A stretch of DNA of 64,000 nucleotides from Bacillota bacterium (GCA_012837385.1 DURH01000001.1:1349-65348); one strand, 5' to 3'; positions 38,971-52,298 are shown, counted from the first letter of the stretch. The notes: generated by a model not told the origin, from the letters alone. Program-made: numbers and translations.

Positions 38971-39012
38971 AAAAGAAGGTCAAGACCCAGTTCGGGCCTT
39001 GACCTTCTCTAC
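38971..39012. terminator. terminator between convergent sleB-like and PFOR genes (U run on the PFOR side)
   Basis: AGAAGGTCAAG-ACCCAGTTCGGGC-CTTGACCTTCT. Read on the minus strand it is followed by TTTTTTGTGGG. Confidence 0.7.
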
Positions 39013-39026
39013 AAACATCCTTGGCT

Positions 39027-42656
<3,630 letters not shown>

Positions 42657-42710
42657 TCAGGCATTGTTCCCTTGCAACAAGTTCTCCATTGGCGTTGGGA
42701 TTCCTTCACA

Positions 42711-42740
42711 ATTATATACTTTAGTGTATGGAGGCGTCAA
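42711..42740 (-). promoter_or_regulatory. candidate sigma-A promoter upstream of PFOR
   Basis: On the minus strand: TTGACG (42740-42735), an 18-nt spacer, then TATAAT (42716-42711). Confidence 0.4.
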
Positions 42741-42773
42741 ATAAGGGTGAGGGGGGCGGGTGTTAGAAAGAGA

Positions 42774-44621
42774 CTATACAGCCCATAACTTTACGATTCT
42801 CGCAAGAAGTACGCAGAGGATGACGCCGAACGCAGTGGGAAGCAGGGCGGAGAGCAGGGTCCACTTGGTGCTTCCCGTTTCCTTCTTGATGGTGAGCAGG
42901 GTGGTGGCGCAGGGCCAGTGGAAGATCGCGAAGACCATGAAATTAAGGGCGGTGAGCCAGGTCCATCCGTGGTTAGTCAAGATTTCCTGAATGGCTGCCA
43001 GACCCTGCACTTCCATGAGGGAATTGGCGGACAGATAGCCCATGAAGATGATGGGAATGATGATCTCATTGGCGGGCAGGCCCAAGATAAAGCCGAGGAG
43101 AATGACGCCGTCCAGGCCCATGGCGCTGCCTAGAGGGTGGAGCCAGCTGGATAGATGGGCCAAAAGGGTGGCTCCGCTGACACTGACATTAGCCAAAACC
43201 CAGGTTAGGGCTCCGCAGGGAGCCGCTACCACCACTGCGCGCCACAGCACCGCGAGGGTACGGTCGAGAAATGAGCGTACCACCACTACCCCCACCTGGG
43301 GCAGGCGATAGGGAGGCAGCTCCAAGATAAAGAAGGAGGATTCGCCCCTGAGTATGGTGGCGGTGAGCAGCTTGGAAGCGATGAGGGCCGCCAGCACACT
43401 GACTACAATTGCCCCCAGTACGATCAAGGCGGGAGTAAAGCCTGCTCCTGGTCGCGCCACAGAACCTGCCGCTATTGTTCCCATGACGATCAAAATAGGG
43501 AAACGTCCATTGCAGGGCATGAAGTTGTTGGTGAGAATGGCCACCAAACGTTCCCGGGGAGAATCGATAATGCGGGCAGCAGTTACTCCAGCAGCATTGC
43601 AGCCAAAACCCATGGCCATGGTTAAGGCCTGTTTGCCGTTGGCTCCGGCGCGCTGGAAGTAGGGGTCTAGATTGAAGGCGATGCGGGGCAGCAGGCCGAG
43701 ATCCTCCAGCAGGGTAAAGAGGGAAAAGAAAATGGCCATGGGCGGCAGCATGACAGAAACCACCCAAGCTAGGCCGCGGTACATACCTAAAACCAGCACA
43801 CCATGGAGCCAAGTCGGGAAGTTCAGCTTAGTGAAGAGCAGGTCTAGGTAAGCCTCCACTTTGAAGAAGGCTTTAGCAAGGATCTCCGAGGGATAGTTGG
43901 CGCCTGAGATGGTGAGCCAGAGAATGCCCCCGAGCAGCACGAGCATAAAGGGAATGCCGAACGCACGGGAGGTGACCAGATTGTCCAGGCGGGCGGTGAA
44001 CCCAGTGCCCGGTTCCGGCGGATTGCCCACCACCAGGGCGGCGATTTCTTCGGCCCGTCTGTAGAGAGCAGCTGTGGGCTGTTCTTCGTCTGTGTTCACC
44101 GGGTTAGGCTGAGGGGTGAGTTGCCCCTGGGCGGTTCTGGCTATGGCATCTTTGAGGTCTTGCAGCCCCTCTCCGGTCACAGCCGCGGTAGGAACCACTG
44201 GAACGCCCAGCTCCGCTTCGAGCCTGCTTGGGTCCAAGCGCAGGTTCAGCTTCTCAGCTTCATCCATCAGATTGAGGCAGACTACCACCTGGTGCGTGAG
44301 CTGAAGGATCTGCAGCGTGAGATGGAGGTTACGCTCTAGGCAGGTGGCGTCTACCACCACCACTACTACATCGGGGTCACCCAGGGTGATAAACTCCCGG
44401 GCGGCCTCCTCTTCTGGAGAGGAGGCGGAGAGAGAATAAGTACCAGGGAGGTCCACGATCTCGTAGGTATTGCCTTGATGGCGCAGGGTTCCCCTTTTTA
44501 GGAGCACAGTTTTCCCAGGCCAGTTGCCTGTGTGCTGTTTCAGTCCGGTGAGGGCATTGAACACCGTACTCTTGCCAGTGTTAGGGTTTCCTGCCAGGGC
44601 AACAAGATAGCTTGACTTCAT
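42774..44621 (-). CDS. feoB: ferrous iron transporter FeoB
   Basis: MKSSYLVALAGNPNTGKSTVFNALTG G-domain, and a C-terminal polytopic Gate/nucleoside-recognition domain. ATG 44621 follows GAGGGGGA. The listed ORF has 68 spurious upstream codons that overlap feoA. Confidence 0.9.
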   Translation of the reverse strand: MKSSYLVALAGNPNTGKSTVFNALTGLKQHTGNWPGKTVLLKRGTLRHQGNTYEIVDLPGTYSLSASSPEEEAAREFITLGDPDVVVVVVDATCLERNLHLTLQILQLTHQVVVCLNLMDEAEKLNLRLDPSRLEAELGVPVVPTAAVTGEGLQDLKDAIARTAQGQLTPQPNPVNTDEEQPTAALYRRAEEIAALVVGNPPEPGTGFTARLDNLVTSRAFGIPFMLVLLGGILWLTISGANYPSEILAKAFFKVEAYLDLLFTKLNFPTWLHGVLVLGMYRGLAWVVSVMLPPMAIFFSLFTLLEDLGLLPRIAFNLDPYFQRAGANGKQALTMAMGFGCNAAGVTAARIIDSPRERLVAILTNNFMPCNGRFPILIVMGTIAAGSVARPGAGFTPALIVLGAIVVSVLAALIASKLLTATILRGESSFFILELPPYRLPQVGVVVVRSFLDRTLAVLWRAVVVAAPCGALTWVLANVSVSGATLLAHLSSWLHPLGSAMGLDGVILLGFILGLPANEIIIPIIFMGYLSANSLMEVQGLAAIQEILTNHGWTWLTALNFMVFAIFHWPCATTLLTIKKETGSTKWTLLSALLPTAFGVILCVLLARIVKLWAV

Positions 44622-44854
44622 CTGGAATCCCCCTCGGACCTGATCAATACCTGTTGGGCTGTGCTGCGGCGTAGAGCTAGCACCGATCCCCGCACATAGT
44701 AAGCTGCCAGGTTTCCCTTTCTCCCAATGAAACGAACCTGCACGAGGGTGCCGGGCACCAGCCCCAGATCGAAAAGCCGCTGCCGCAGCACAGCCTCTGC
44801 ACTGACCATTTCCACGACTCCCCACTGGCCTCGGGTTAGGTCGGCTAAAGTCAC
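44618..44854 (-). CDS. feoA: FeoA family protein
   Basis: 78 aa with an SH3-like FeoA pattern (LADLTRGQWGVVEMV...LGLVPGTLVQV). Its stop overlaps the feoB start; GTG start. Confidence 0.8.
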   Translation of the reverse strand: MTLADLTRGQWGVVEMVSAEAVLRQRLFDLGLVPGTLVQVRFIGRKGNLAAYYVRGSVLALRRSTAQQVLIRSEGDSR

Positions 44855-45002
44855 GGCACCACTTCCCTCTCTACAATCCGCTCTACTAGCTTATGAGACT
44901 GTGATTCTTTGGTGCCAATGCAACTGGAGGTGCTGGGAGAAACAGGGTTTTGTCCTGCAGACGAGAATGTATAGGGAATACTGGTGGTAAGGAGAAACAT
45001 TT

Positions 45003-45632
45003 ATGGACTTGGATGCTATGAGGGAATTGGCACACAAAGCCATGGTCAGACGCTGCACCCACCCAGATCGGGAACGGGGTTTTGTCTACTACCACGGCCA
45101 AAGGGTGGCTGAGATCGCCCTTCAGCTGCGTGAACTGATCTTTCCTGGGGAGGAAAGCTGGGACGAGGTGATCACAGCCGCGGGTTGGTTCCATGATGTG
45201 GGGAAGGGCATTGAACCGCACTGGGAGTATGGGGCCCTGTTGGTCAGGGAGATGCTCAAAGACCACTGCTCGCCCCAGGAATTGGAGCAGATTGCGGAGA
45301 TCGTGGGCAGCCATACCCTCCGCAAACAGAGGGAGTACCCCCCCTATGTGCAGCTGGTGCAGGATGCTGACATCCTGGACCATTTCGGCACCCTGGACAT
45401 TTGGTTGGACTTCTGGCACTGTGCCTGCCGGGGTAAAGGTCTGGAAGATGCGTTAGAGTTCTATGGAGACGAGTATCTGCAGAAGGTGGAGAGTGTGGCG
45501 AGCCTGCTCAACTTCCCGGAGTCAGTGGAGATTCTCCAGGAGAAAATGCTGTTTGCCCGAGAGTTCGCTGAGCGGTTTAGGCGCGAAGCCGCGGGAGAGC
45601 TGATCCTCAAAAGAAAAAAGGCCAAGGATTAA
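45003..45632 (+). CDS. HD-domain phosphohydrolase
   Basis: H...HD motif (GWFHDVGK) and a further His (GSHTL). Confidence 0.7.
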   Translation: MDLDAMRELAHKAMVRRCTHPDRERGFVYYHGQRVAEIALQLRELIFPGEESWDEVITAAGWFHDVGKGIEPHWEYGALLVREMLKDHCSPQELEQIAEIVGSHTLRKQREYPPYVQLVQDADILDHFGTLDIWLDFWHCACRGKGLEDALEFYGDEYLQKVESVASLLNFPESVEILQEKMLFAREFAERFRREAAGELILKRKKAKD

Positions 45633-45662
45633 CGTCCTTGGCCCTTTGAGAGGGAGGATAGG

Positions 45663-45926
45663 TCAGTAAGAACTGCTTTGCTCGTTATTGATGGTGATCT
45701 GCACCGTATCTGTTAGTACGTCAGCATAGGTATAAGAACGGCGGCGAACTGCATTTGTTTGGTCCAAATCTACTACAAACAATTTCGGGTATGTTTCTAC
45801 TAAGATTCCCTCAGATTCTAAGTAACGGCGGCGTCCCTTGTTAGCTCTGATGAAGACCTTCTTCCCTAGATTTGACTCTAGATGCTGTTTGATCTCTTCA
45901 ATTGTGGTCGGCTTTTCTACACCCAT
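45663..45926 (-). CDS. veg: Veg (biofilm-formation stimulator / DUF1021)
   Basis: 87 aa, collinear with B. subtilis Veg as I recall it (LESNLGKKVFIRANKGRRRYLESEGILVETYPKLFVVDLDQ...RSYTYADVLTDTVQITI). Confidence 0.8.
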   Translation of the reverse strand: MGVEKPTTIEEIKQHLESNLGKKVFIRANKGRRRYLESEGILVETYPKLFVVDLDQTNAVRRRSYTYADVLTDTVQITINNEQSSSY

Positions 45927-46005
45927 GGATCGTCAACCCCTTCCAGGATATTTTTGGGCACCAGCTTGCCAGTGGCGAGCAGCACAGGAACCGCAGTCAG
46001 CGGTC

Positions 46006-46165
46006 AAAAAAAGCGTATGAACGACCTTAAGTCGTCACACGCTTGGCGTACTCCTACGAGGTTAGCTGACGGGTTAGGACACCCAAGTTGCCCTTCCTTA
46101 GAACCAGGATTCACCCCACAAGATCGGGTCCCCCGCTGTCATAAAAATGATATTCGGAGAGTTCC
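46006..46165 (-). ncRNA. candidate c-di-AMP riboswitch (ydaO/kimA class) with a terminator expression platform, upstream of veg
   Basis: Minus-strand blocks in order: CTCTCCGAATATC ... GCGGGGGACCCGATC ... GGGGTGAATCC ... ACCCGTCAGCTAACCTCGTAGGAG. They resemble remembered ydaO-aptamer elements (CCGAAUCC / GGGGUUAAUC / ACCCGACAGCUAACUCCGGAGG). The terminator hairpin GCGTGTGACGAC-TTAAG-GTCGTTCATACGC plus T7 follows (46041-46006), then the veg RBS and ATG. Confidence 0.55.
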
Positions 46166-46281
46166 GCGTTTCGTATGAATCTGTTTTCATTACAAAACGG
46201 TGTGGATATAGTATAGCATAATACTTAGGAATATGTCAAGGGTAAAAGACTAGATCCCGTACAGGCTTGGGGGTAAGACTG

Positions 46282-47688
46282 ATGGATATATTAATCGTAG
46301 GAATGGGAAAGCTGGGCTACAAGCTCGCGGAGACTTTGGCGGGGCGGGAAAACAACATTACAGTGGTGGACGTCGACGAACAGGCTCTGCTCAGGGCAGC
46401 CAACCGCCTTGATGTGCTCACCATAACTGGAAACGGAGCTCAGCTGCGGCTCTTGGAGAGCTTGGACGTGAAGAAGAAGGATTTGGTGGTGGCGGTAACC
46501 AGCAGTGATGAGACCAATGTGCTGGTCTGCCTGATGGCCAAGAAGCTGGGCTGTCCCCGGGTGGCGGCGCGGGTGCGCAGCCCTGAGTATGCTGGGCAGA
46601 TGGAGTTCATCAAAACAGAGCTGGGGCTGGATTTTGTCACCAATCCAGAGCTCGACACTGCCAATGATGTGGCCCGCTACATTCTGCGGGGCTACAGCTC
46701 CCATGTGGAGTCCTTTGCCGAAGGCAAGGTGGGTCTTTTCGAAGTACCCGCCCACGCCCTGCCGGAAGTGGTGGGAAGGACGCTGGCCGAGGCAGGGGTT
46801 TTCGACGGAATGCTGGTTGGGGCGCTCTATCGCGATGGTGAAGTGATCATCCCTTCCGGCACCACTCGTGTTGAAGAAGAAGATATGCTGCACCTCATAG
46901 GACGCCGCGAGACGGTTACCGCCCTAATCAGGGCTCATTCCGCCTTGGGGCAGCGGCATGTGACCAAGCGGGTGATGATTCTGGGAGGAGGCAAAGCCGC
47001 CTTCTACCTGGCGGGTCGCCTCCTAACCAGTGGTCTGACAGTGAAAATTATCGAGCAGGATGAGGAACGCTGTGATTATCTGGCGGCCAACCTGCCAGGT
47101 GCCCTAATTATTTGGGGAGATGGCACAGATTTAGAGCTGTTGCAGGACGAGAACTTGGAGGAGATGGATGCGCTAGTCTCCTTTACAGGCCATGATGAAG
47201 AAAACCTGATGTTGGCACTCCTGGGCAAGCAGCATGGAGTGGCCAAGGTGGTGGCCAAGGTAAGCCGCTCCAACTTCGTGCCCATCATTGAGCAGCTGGG
47301 TATCGATCGAGCGGTCAATCCTGTGCTCATTTCCGCAGGTGAACTGGTGCGCTTCATCCAAGGCGGGCAGATCGCTTCATTATCGCTTATGTTTGGGGGA
47401 CAAGCTGAAGCGTTGGAAATACTGGTGCCTTCCGATGCGCCCATTATCGGCAGGAAGCTATCGGAAGCTCGGATTCCCCGGGGTGTGATCCTTGGCGCCA
47501 TTGTGCGGCAGGGCCAGGTGTTCATTCCTAAGGGCGATTCCACCATCCAGGCTCAGGATCGGGTGATTGCCTTCTGCCTGCACGCGGAGCTGCCAGCTTT
47601 GAACAGGCTCTTCTATCCGAAACGGAGGGGGATAGGGCATGAATTTTGGATTGGTCGCAAGGGTCCTCGGAAACCTTCTGCTGATTGA
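46282..47688 (+). CDS. trkA: Trk/Ktr-system K+ uptake protein TrkA (two tandem RCK_N-RCK_C units)
   Basis: Rossmann motifs IVGMGKLG and ILGGGKAAFYLAG, each followed by a C-terminal RCK_C. I chose ATG 46282 after GGGGGTAAG. The 3' end overlaps the trkH start by about 50 nt. Confidence 0.85.
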   Translation: MDILIVGMGKLGYKLAETLAGRENNITVVDVDEQALLRAANRLDVLTITGNGAQLRLLESLDVKKKDLVVAVTSSDETNVLVCLMAKKLGCPRVAARVRSPEYAGQMEFIKTELGLDFVTNPELDTANDVARYILRGYSSHVESFAEGKVGLFEVPAHALPEVVGRTLAEAGVFDGMLVGALYRDGEVIIPSGTTRVEEEDMLHLIGRRETVTALIRAHSALGQRHVTKRVMILGGGKAAFYLAGRLLTSGLTVKIIEQDEERCDYLAANLPGALIIWGDGTDLELLQDENLEEMDALVSFTGHDEENLMLALLGKQHGVAKVVAKVSRSNFVPIIEQLGIDRAVNPVLISAGELVRFIQGGQIASLSLMFGGQAEALEILVPSDAPIIGRKLSEARIPRGVILGAIVRQGQVFIPKGDSTIQAQDRVIAFCLHAELPALNRLFYPKRRGIGHEFWIGRKGPRKPSAD

Positions 47689-49087
47689 AGGTGCGATTTT
47701 GGCTGTTCCTCTCGGCGTCTCCCTGTCTTTTCGTGAGAGGAGCTCGGTCTTCGGTTTTCTGCTGTCCATGGGTATTCTGGGACTGATAGGACTGTTTCTC
47801 TCCAACATCCCAGTTAAGTCTTCCCGACTCAAAACCAGGGAAGCCATGGTGATTGTTACGGTGGGTTGGGTAGTTGCAGCTCTGTTCGCCGCCCTTCCCT
47901 TTGTGCTATCGGGGTCTGTATCCTCTTTTACTGACGCTTTTTTCGAAGCAGTATCGGGCTTGACCACAACGGGGGCTTCCGCCATCCGTAATGTAGAAGC
48001 TCTGCCTAAAGGAATTCTGTTCTGGCGCTCCCTCATGCACTGGGTGGGAGGGATGGGAATTCTTGTATTGACATTGGCAATTCTGCCCACCCTAGGATTA
48101 GTAGGGTCTCAAATGTTTAAGGCGGAAAGCCCAGGGCCATCACCAGACAGGTTTACACCCCGCATCGCGGCTACCAGCAAAATACTCTATGCCATTTACG
48201 GAGTACTGACTGCCATAATACTCTTTGCCGTACGGGCGTCAGGTGTATCCTGGTTTGAGAGCTTTATCCTAGCCTTCGGCACCGTGGGTACAGGCGGTTT
48301 TGGCCTGTACAATGACAGCCTCACCAGGCACAGCGTGAACAGTCCCCTGATCCTTGTTCTGGCTGCAGCCATGTTTCTGGCTGGTGTGAACTTCTCTTTG
48401 TACTATGATCTGATCAAGGGCCGCTGGAGACATGCCCTTGCCGATGTGGAACTGCGTCTGTACATCATCATAGCCGCGATATGTGTGTTAGGCATATCTT
48501 TAAACCTGTACGGCCGCACCTATGCCAGCTTCGGGGACACGGTGAAACATGCCCTGTTTCAAGTAGGATCGGTGATGACCACCACCGGTTACAGCACAAC
48601 GGATTTTGACCTGTGGCCCTCATTCAGTAAAGGCATCCTCTTTACCCTCATGTTTGTGGGGGCAAGTGCAGGCTCCACCTCTGGTTCGGTGAAGGTGGTG
48701 CGGCTGCTCATCGCCGCCAAGGTGGTGAAACGGGAGGTGGCCAAGGTTCTCCATCCTCAGGCGGCCCAACCGGTGGTTATCAACGGGAGGGTCATGCCTG
48801 AATCGGTGGTGCAGGGAGTTGTGGGCTTCTTGCTTCTCTATATCGGCGTTTTCGGCGTCGGTTCGCTCCTAATCAGCTTACAAGGCTTGGATATGATCAG
48901 CTCCATGAGTGCCGTGGCCTCCACCCTGGGCAATATCGGTGTTGGTTTTGGTTCTGTTGGGCCCAGTGGCAGTTACGCAGTGTTGAGCCCAGTAAGCAAA
49001 CTCCTCCTATCATTCTTCATGCTGCTCGGGCGCCTTGAACTGTTCACCATGCTCGCAGTGCTCAGCCCTGGATTCTGGAAGGAATGA
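47639..49087 (+). CDS. trkH: TrkH/KtrB-family K+ transporter
   Basis: Polytopic membrane protein with repeated M1-P-M2 pore-loop glycines (TTTGAS, GTVGTGGF, MTTTGYST, GASAGSTSGS). Confidence 0.85.
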   Translation: MNFGLVARVLGNLLLIEGAILAVPLGVSLSFRERSSVFGFLLSMGILGLIGLFLSNIPVKSSRLKTREAMVIVTVGWVVAALFAALPFVLSGSVSSFTDAFFEAVSGLTTTGASAIRNVEALPKGILFWRSLMHWVGGMGILVLTLAILPTLGLVGSQMFKAESPGPSPDRFTPRIAATSKILYAIYGVLTAIILFAVRASGVSWFESFILAFGTVGTGGFGLYNDSLTRHSVNSPLILVLAAAMFLAGVNFSLYYDLIKGRWRHALADVELRLYIIIAAICVLGISLNLYGRTYASFGDTVKHALFQVGSVMTTTGYSTTDFDLWPSFSKGILFTLMFVGASAGSTSGSVKVVRLLIAAKVVKREVAKVLHPQAAQPVVINGRVMPESVVQGVVGFLLLYIGVFGVGSLLISLQGLDMISSMSAVASTLGNIGVGFGSVGPSGSYAVLSPVSKLLLSFFMLLGRLELFTMLAVLSPGFWKE

Positions 49088-49172
49088 GGACCTGACCCAA
49101 GAAGGCAGGGGAGCCTGCGAACAATTTAGTGGATTCGTTTTTACCGCGAAGACTATCTGAGGGGAGACGCAT

Positions 49173-51146
49173 ATGAAAAAGACGGTCGTGATACTCGTGA
49201 TAGCTGCCATCATTCTGCTTGGCGCAGGAGGTGCTGTGGTCTGGTACTACCTGCAGCTTGACCCTGCTGATGCGGCTGGAGCTTTTTTAGAGCAGGTGGC
49301 CGCGGAGGAGTTCTCAGGGCTGGACGACTATTTCACAACCGACGCCCATCCCACTGACGCTGATTTTCGTAGGGCCTTTGGGGAGTTTGGCGAGGCTTTC
49401 GCCCTCACAAACATTGAGCTTACAGACCTTACTCTCCTGTCAAAGACCAGCACCGAAGCGGAGTTCAGTTTTGCACTGGAATATACCAGCAGTTACTTCG
49501 AACCGCTCTCGGCCCAAGGTACGCTGGCGGTCAAGCGCGCCAAAATCTTCGATCAGTGGAAGATCCAGTGGCAGGACAACCTGCCCCTGCCTGAATACGG
49601 CTTAGAAGCACGTTATTCCAGGACCCGTTTGGACCCCAGCCGCGGCAGGATTGTGGACAACTCTGGGCAGATCCTTGCAGGCGAGGGCAGCCGGGTGACA
49701 GTGGGAGTGCAGCCTGATCGGATCTCAGCCCCTGAATGGCTCCTAGGTTCCTTAGAGGCGGAACTGGGTCTCGATCCCCAGTATGTAGTAAGCCAGTATG
49801 AAGCACCGGGAGTGCAGGGCCACTGGTTTATACCCTTGATCACAGTTTCGGAAGAGGAGTATCAGAGAGTGGATCCGGTGCTGCGGCCCATCCCTGGCGT
49901 GTTTTTCCGGCGAGTCGAAGTGAGGGCCTATCCCGAAGGAAGTACTACCGGACACATCACAGGTTACTTAGGTGAAGTGACGCAGGAAATGATGAACGCC
50001 TATCCTGAGCGGGAGTATGTGAGCGGAGAGATCGCAGGCCGCGCTGGCTTGGAAAGCAGCAGAGATGACGTTCTGCGCGGGCGTCCGGGGTATCGTTTTT
50101 ATGTGGAACGTGCCGGGGACACTCCTGTCCTGCTGGGGGACAAGGCGGCGGAGGATGGCGTTGATCTGGAGCTGACTCTGGAGCGCGCCATGCAGGAGCT
50201 GGCCTATGTGGTTTTGGGTGAACAGGCTGGCGCCTTGGTGGTGATCAACGCAGAAACCGGAGCTGTCTTGACCTTGGCTTCAACCCCTGGCTATGATCCT
50301 AACGAGTTTATCGGCGGCATCAGTGCCAGCCGCTGGCAGGCGTTGAGCTCTGATCCCAACCGTCCCATGTTTAACCGTGCCCTGCAGGGCCTCTATCCGC
50401 CTGGCTCAGTCTTTAAAGTTCTCACTGTGGCGGCCGCTGTGAATGAAGGCCTCTATGAACCCTCCAGCACCTTTACAGACGATGGAGAGCTGTCGGTACA
50501 GGGAAACATCGTCCGCAACTACCAGGGGCAGGTGTTCGGGGAACACACTCTCCATGATGCTCTAGTCAATTCCATAAATACTACAGTGGCACAGGTGGGC
50601 TTGGACTTGGGAGCCGCTAAGCTGGAAGAGTATTTCAACAAGTTTAGGCTTGGGGAAACCTACCGCCTAGGCCTGCCCATGTCCGCCAGCCAGGTGGGCA
50701 CGCCAGCCCGCAGCCGCGTAGCTTTGGCCTGGTCTGCCATTGGCCAGGATCAAGTGCTCCTAACCCCTCTGCACATGGCGCAGATTTTCGGGGTATTTGC
50801 CAATGGAGGATACTTACCTCCCCTGCATCTCGTTAAAGGCGAAGGAGAGCAAACTGAAGAAGAACCGGTTCTAAAGCCAGAGACAGTAGAGATGCTCAAC
50901 TCCATGCTGGCCGATGTGGTTCGGGAAGGCACAGGAACACAGGCACGGGTGGAGGGGCTTACCGTCTATGGTAAGACAGGTACCGCGGAAGTGGTGGGAA
51001 GGGGTACCCATGCCTGGTTTGCCGGCCATACAACTCTGTCTTCTGAGGAGAAGATCGCTTTTGCCCTCTTGGTTGAAGAAGGTGGTGTGGGAGGTCAATC
51101 AGCAGCCCCCCTGATCAGGGAGTTTCTCTCTAGGCTGGTGCAGTGA
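49173..51146 (+). CDS. class B penicillin-binding protein (transpeptidase) with an N-terminal NTF2-like/MecA-N-like extension
   Basis: TM anchor. N-terminal domain DPADAAGAFLEQVAAEEFSGLDDYF. PBP dimerization domain. Transpeptidase motifs SVFK (SxxK), SIN (SxN) and KTGTA (KTG). Confidence 0.85.
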   Translation: MKKTVVILVIAAIILLGAGGAVVWYYLQLDPADAAGAFLEQVAAEEFSGLDDYFTTDAHPTDADFRRAFGEFGEAFALTNIELTDLTLLSKTSTEAEFSFALEYTSSYFEPLSAQGTLAVKRAKIFDQWKIQWQDNLPLPEYGLEARYSRTRLDPSRGRIVDNSGQILAGEGSRVTVGVQPDRISAPEWLLGSLEAELGLDPQYVVSQYEAPGVQGHWFIPLITVSEEEYQRVDPVLRPIPGVFFRRVEVRAYPEGSTTGHITGYLGEVTQEMMNAYPEREYVSGEIAGRAGLESSRDDVLRGRPGYRFYVERAGDTPVLLGDKAAEDGVDLELTLERAMQELAYVVLGEQAGALVVINAETGAVLTLASTPGYDPNEFIGGISASRWQALSSDPNRPMFNRALQGLYPPGSVFKVLTVAAAVNEGLYEPSSTFTDDGELSVQGNIVRNYQGQVFGEHTLHDALVNSINTTVAQVGLDLGAAKLEEYFNKFRLGETYRLGLPMSASQVGTPARSRVALAWSAIGQDQVLLTPLHMAQIFGVFANGGYLPPLHLVKGEGEQTEEEPVLKPETVEMLNSMLADVVREGTGTQARVEGLTVYGKTGTAEVVGRGTHAWFAGHTTLSSEEKIAFALLVEEGGVGGQSAAPLIREFLSRLVQ

Positions 51147-51239
51147 GCCAGCATGCTATGGAGAGGATCGGGGAGATAGAAGGACAAGCAGAGCCTCCTG
51201 GAGAATACTGGGCCATCAGGCGAATTCGAAGGTGGTTCT

Positions 51240-52298
51240 ATGCGAAAACGGTTGTCAGCAGCCTTGCTGGTGTTGCTTCTTCTGATTGCTGCTGGGTGCG
51301 GCAGTGCCTTGGCTGGGAGTGGATTGGAGGTCCACTACATCGATGTGGGCCAGGCAGAGTCAACTCTGCTGCGAACAGCGGATTTTGCGATACTCATTGA
51401 TGCAGGGGATCAGAAGGGAACTCAGGTCCTAGATTATCTCAGGAGGCTGGGAGTTGATACCATCGACCTCTTGGTGCTAACCCACCCCCACGCCGACCAC
51501 ATTGGGCAGGCAGCTGAGATCGTCCGGGAGCTTAAGGTGAAAGAGGTGTGGATGTCTGGTTATGAGCACACCACCACCCTCTTTGAGGGCTTGCTGGATG
51601 CAGTGTTAGACTCCGACGCGGCTTACTTCGAGCCCCGAACAGGCGGCGAGGAGCATTTCGGAGATTTGACCCTCCAGGTGCTGAACCCAGTTAGGCTCAG
51701 CAGCAATCTGCACGAGACCTGTATCGTGCTCAGGGCCATATATGGCGAAGTCAGCTTTCTGTTCACTGGTGATGCGGAAAGCAGCTCTGAGCGGGCGATG
51801 CTCAGGGAAGGGCTGGAGGTCCAAGCCCGAATTCTGCAGTTGGGGCATCATGGCTCACGCACCTCGTCATCCTTGGAGTTTTTACTGGCTGTGGATCCCG
51901 ATCTAGTCATCTATTCGGCAGGTGTGGGCAACGACTACGGCCATCCCCACCAGGAGGTTATAGACAGGCTGAAGATCTTGGGAATTCCAAGTTTTGGTAC
52001 TGAGCAGTTCGGCACCATTGTGGTAAAGACAGACGGAATGCGCTACGAGTTGGAAACCAGCAGGCCGGGCAGCCTCTCCCAACGCTGCGTGGATCTGAAT
52101 ACTGCCTCCTTTGAGGAGCTGCAGGAGATTATCCATATTGGCCCGGAACGCGCCCTGCAGATTGTTGAGGAGAGGGCGGCCAGGCCATTTCGCAGTGTTG
52201 ATGAGCTGCGACACCGCATTGAAGGCATTGGCGAAAACAGGCTGCAGGATATTAAGGCCCAGGGATTGGCTTGTGTTAAAGGAGTGACAGATGATTAA
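51240..52298 (+). CDS. MBL-fold metallo-hydrolase lipoprotein (ComEC C-terminal-like) with a C-terminal ComEA-type helix-hairpin-helix domain
   Basis: Lipobox LIAAGC. MBL motifs: HYIDVGQAES, LVLTHPHADHIGQ, LGHHGSRTSSS. The C-terminus VDLNTASFEELQEIIHIGPERALQIVEERAARPFRSVDEL is a ComEA HhH. Confidence 0.75.
   Translation: MRKRLSAALLVLLLLIAAGCGSALAGSGLEVHYIDVGQAESTLLRTADFAILIDAGDQKGTQVLDYLRRLGVDTIDLLVLTHPHADHIGQAAEIVRELKVKEVWMSGYEHTTTLFEGLLDAVLDSDAAYFEPRTGGEEHFGDLTLQVLNPVRLSSNLHETCIVLRAIYGEVSFLFTGDAESSSERAMLREGLEVQARILQLGHHGSRTSSSLEFLLAVDPDLVIYSAGVGNDYGHPHQEVIDRLKILGIPSFGTEQFGTIVVKTDGMRYELETSRPGSLSQRCVDLNTASFEELQEIIHIGPERALQIVEERAARPFRSVDELRHRIEGIGENRLQDIKAQGLACVKGVTDD

Noticed and set aside
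42690-42730. Rex-like half-site TTGTGAAGG near the PFOR promoter
   Set aside because: It has only one half-site and no matching TTCACAA partner at the correct spacing. The TGTGA-N6-TCACA palindrome further downstream is the better-supported element.
44855-45002. Searched the feoAB upstream region for a Fur box
   Set aside because: No convincing TGATAATnATTATCA-like dyad was found. TGAGACTGTGATTC is not palindromic. Regulation of feoAB therefore remains unassigned.
45927-46281. Alternative identities for the structured RNA in the veg/trkA intergenic region (SRP RNA, RNase P RNA, 6S RNA)
   Set aside because: The region lacks the GGAAGGAAGCAGC domain IV of SRP RNA and the GGAAAGTCCGGGCTCC / AGGGTGAAA elements of RNase P RNA. 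The block order fits the ydaO aptamer better, and a terminator expression platform follows it.
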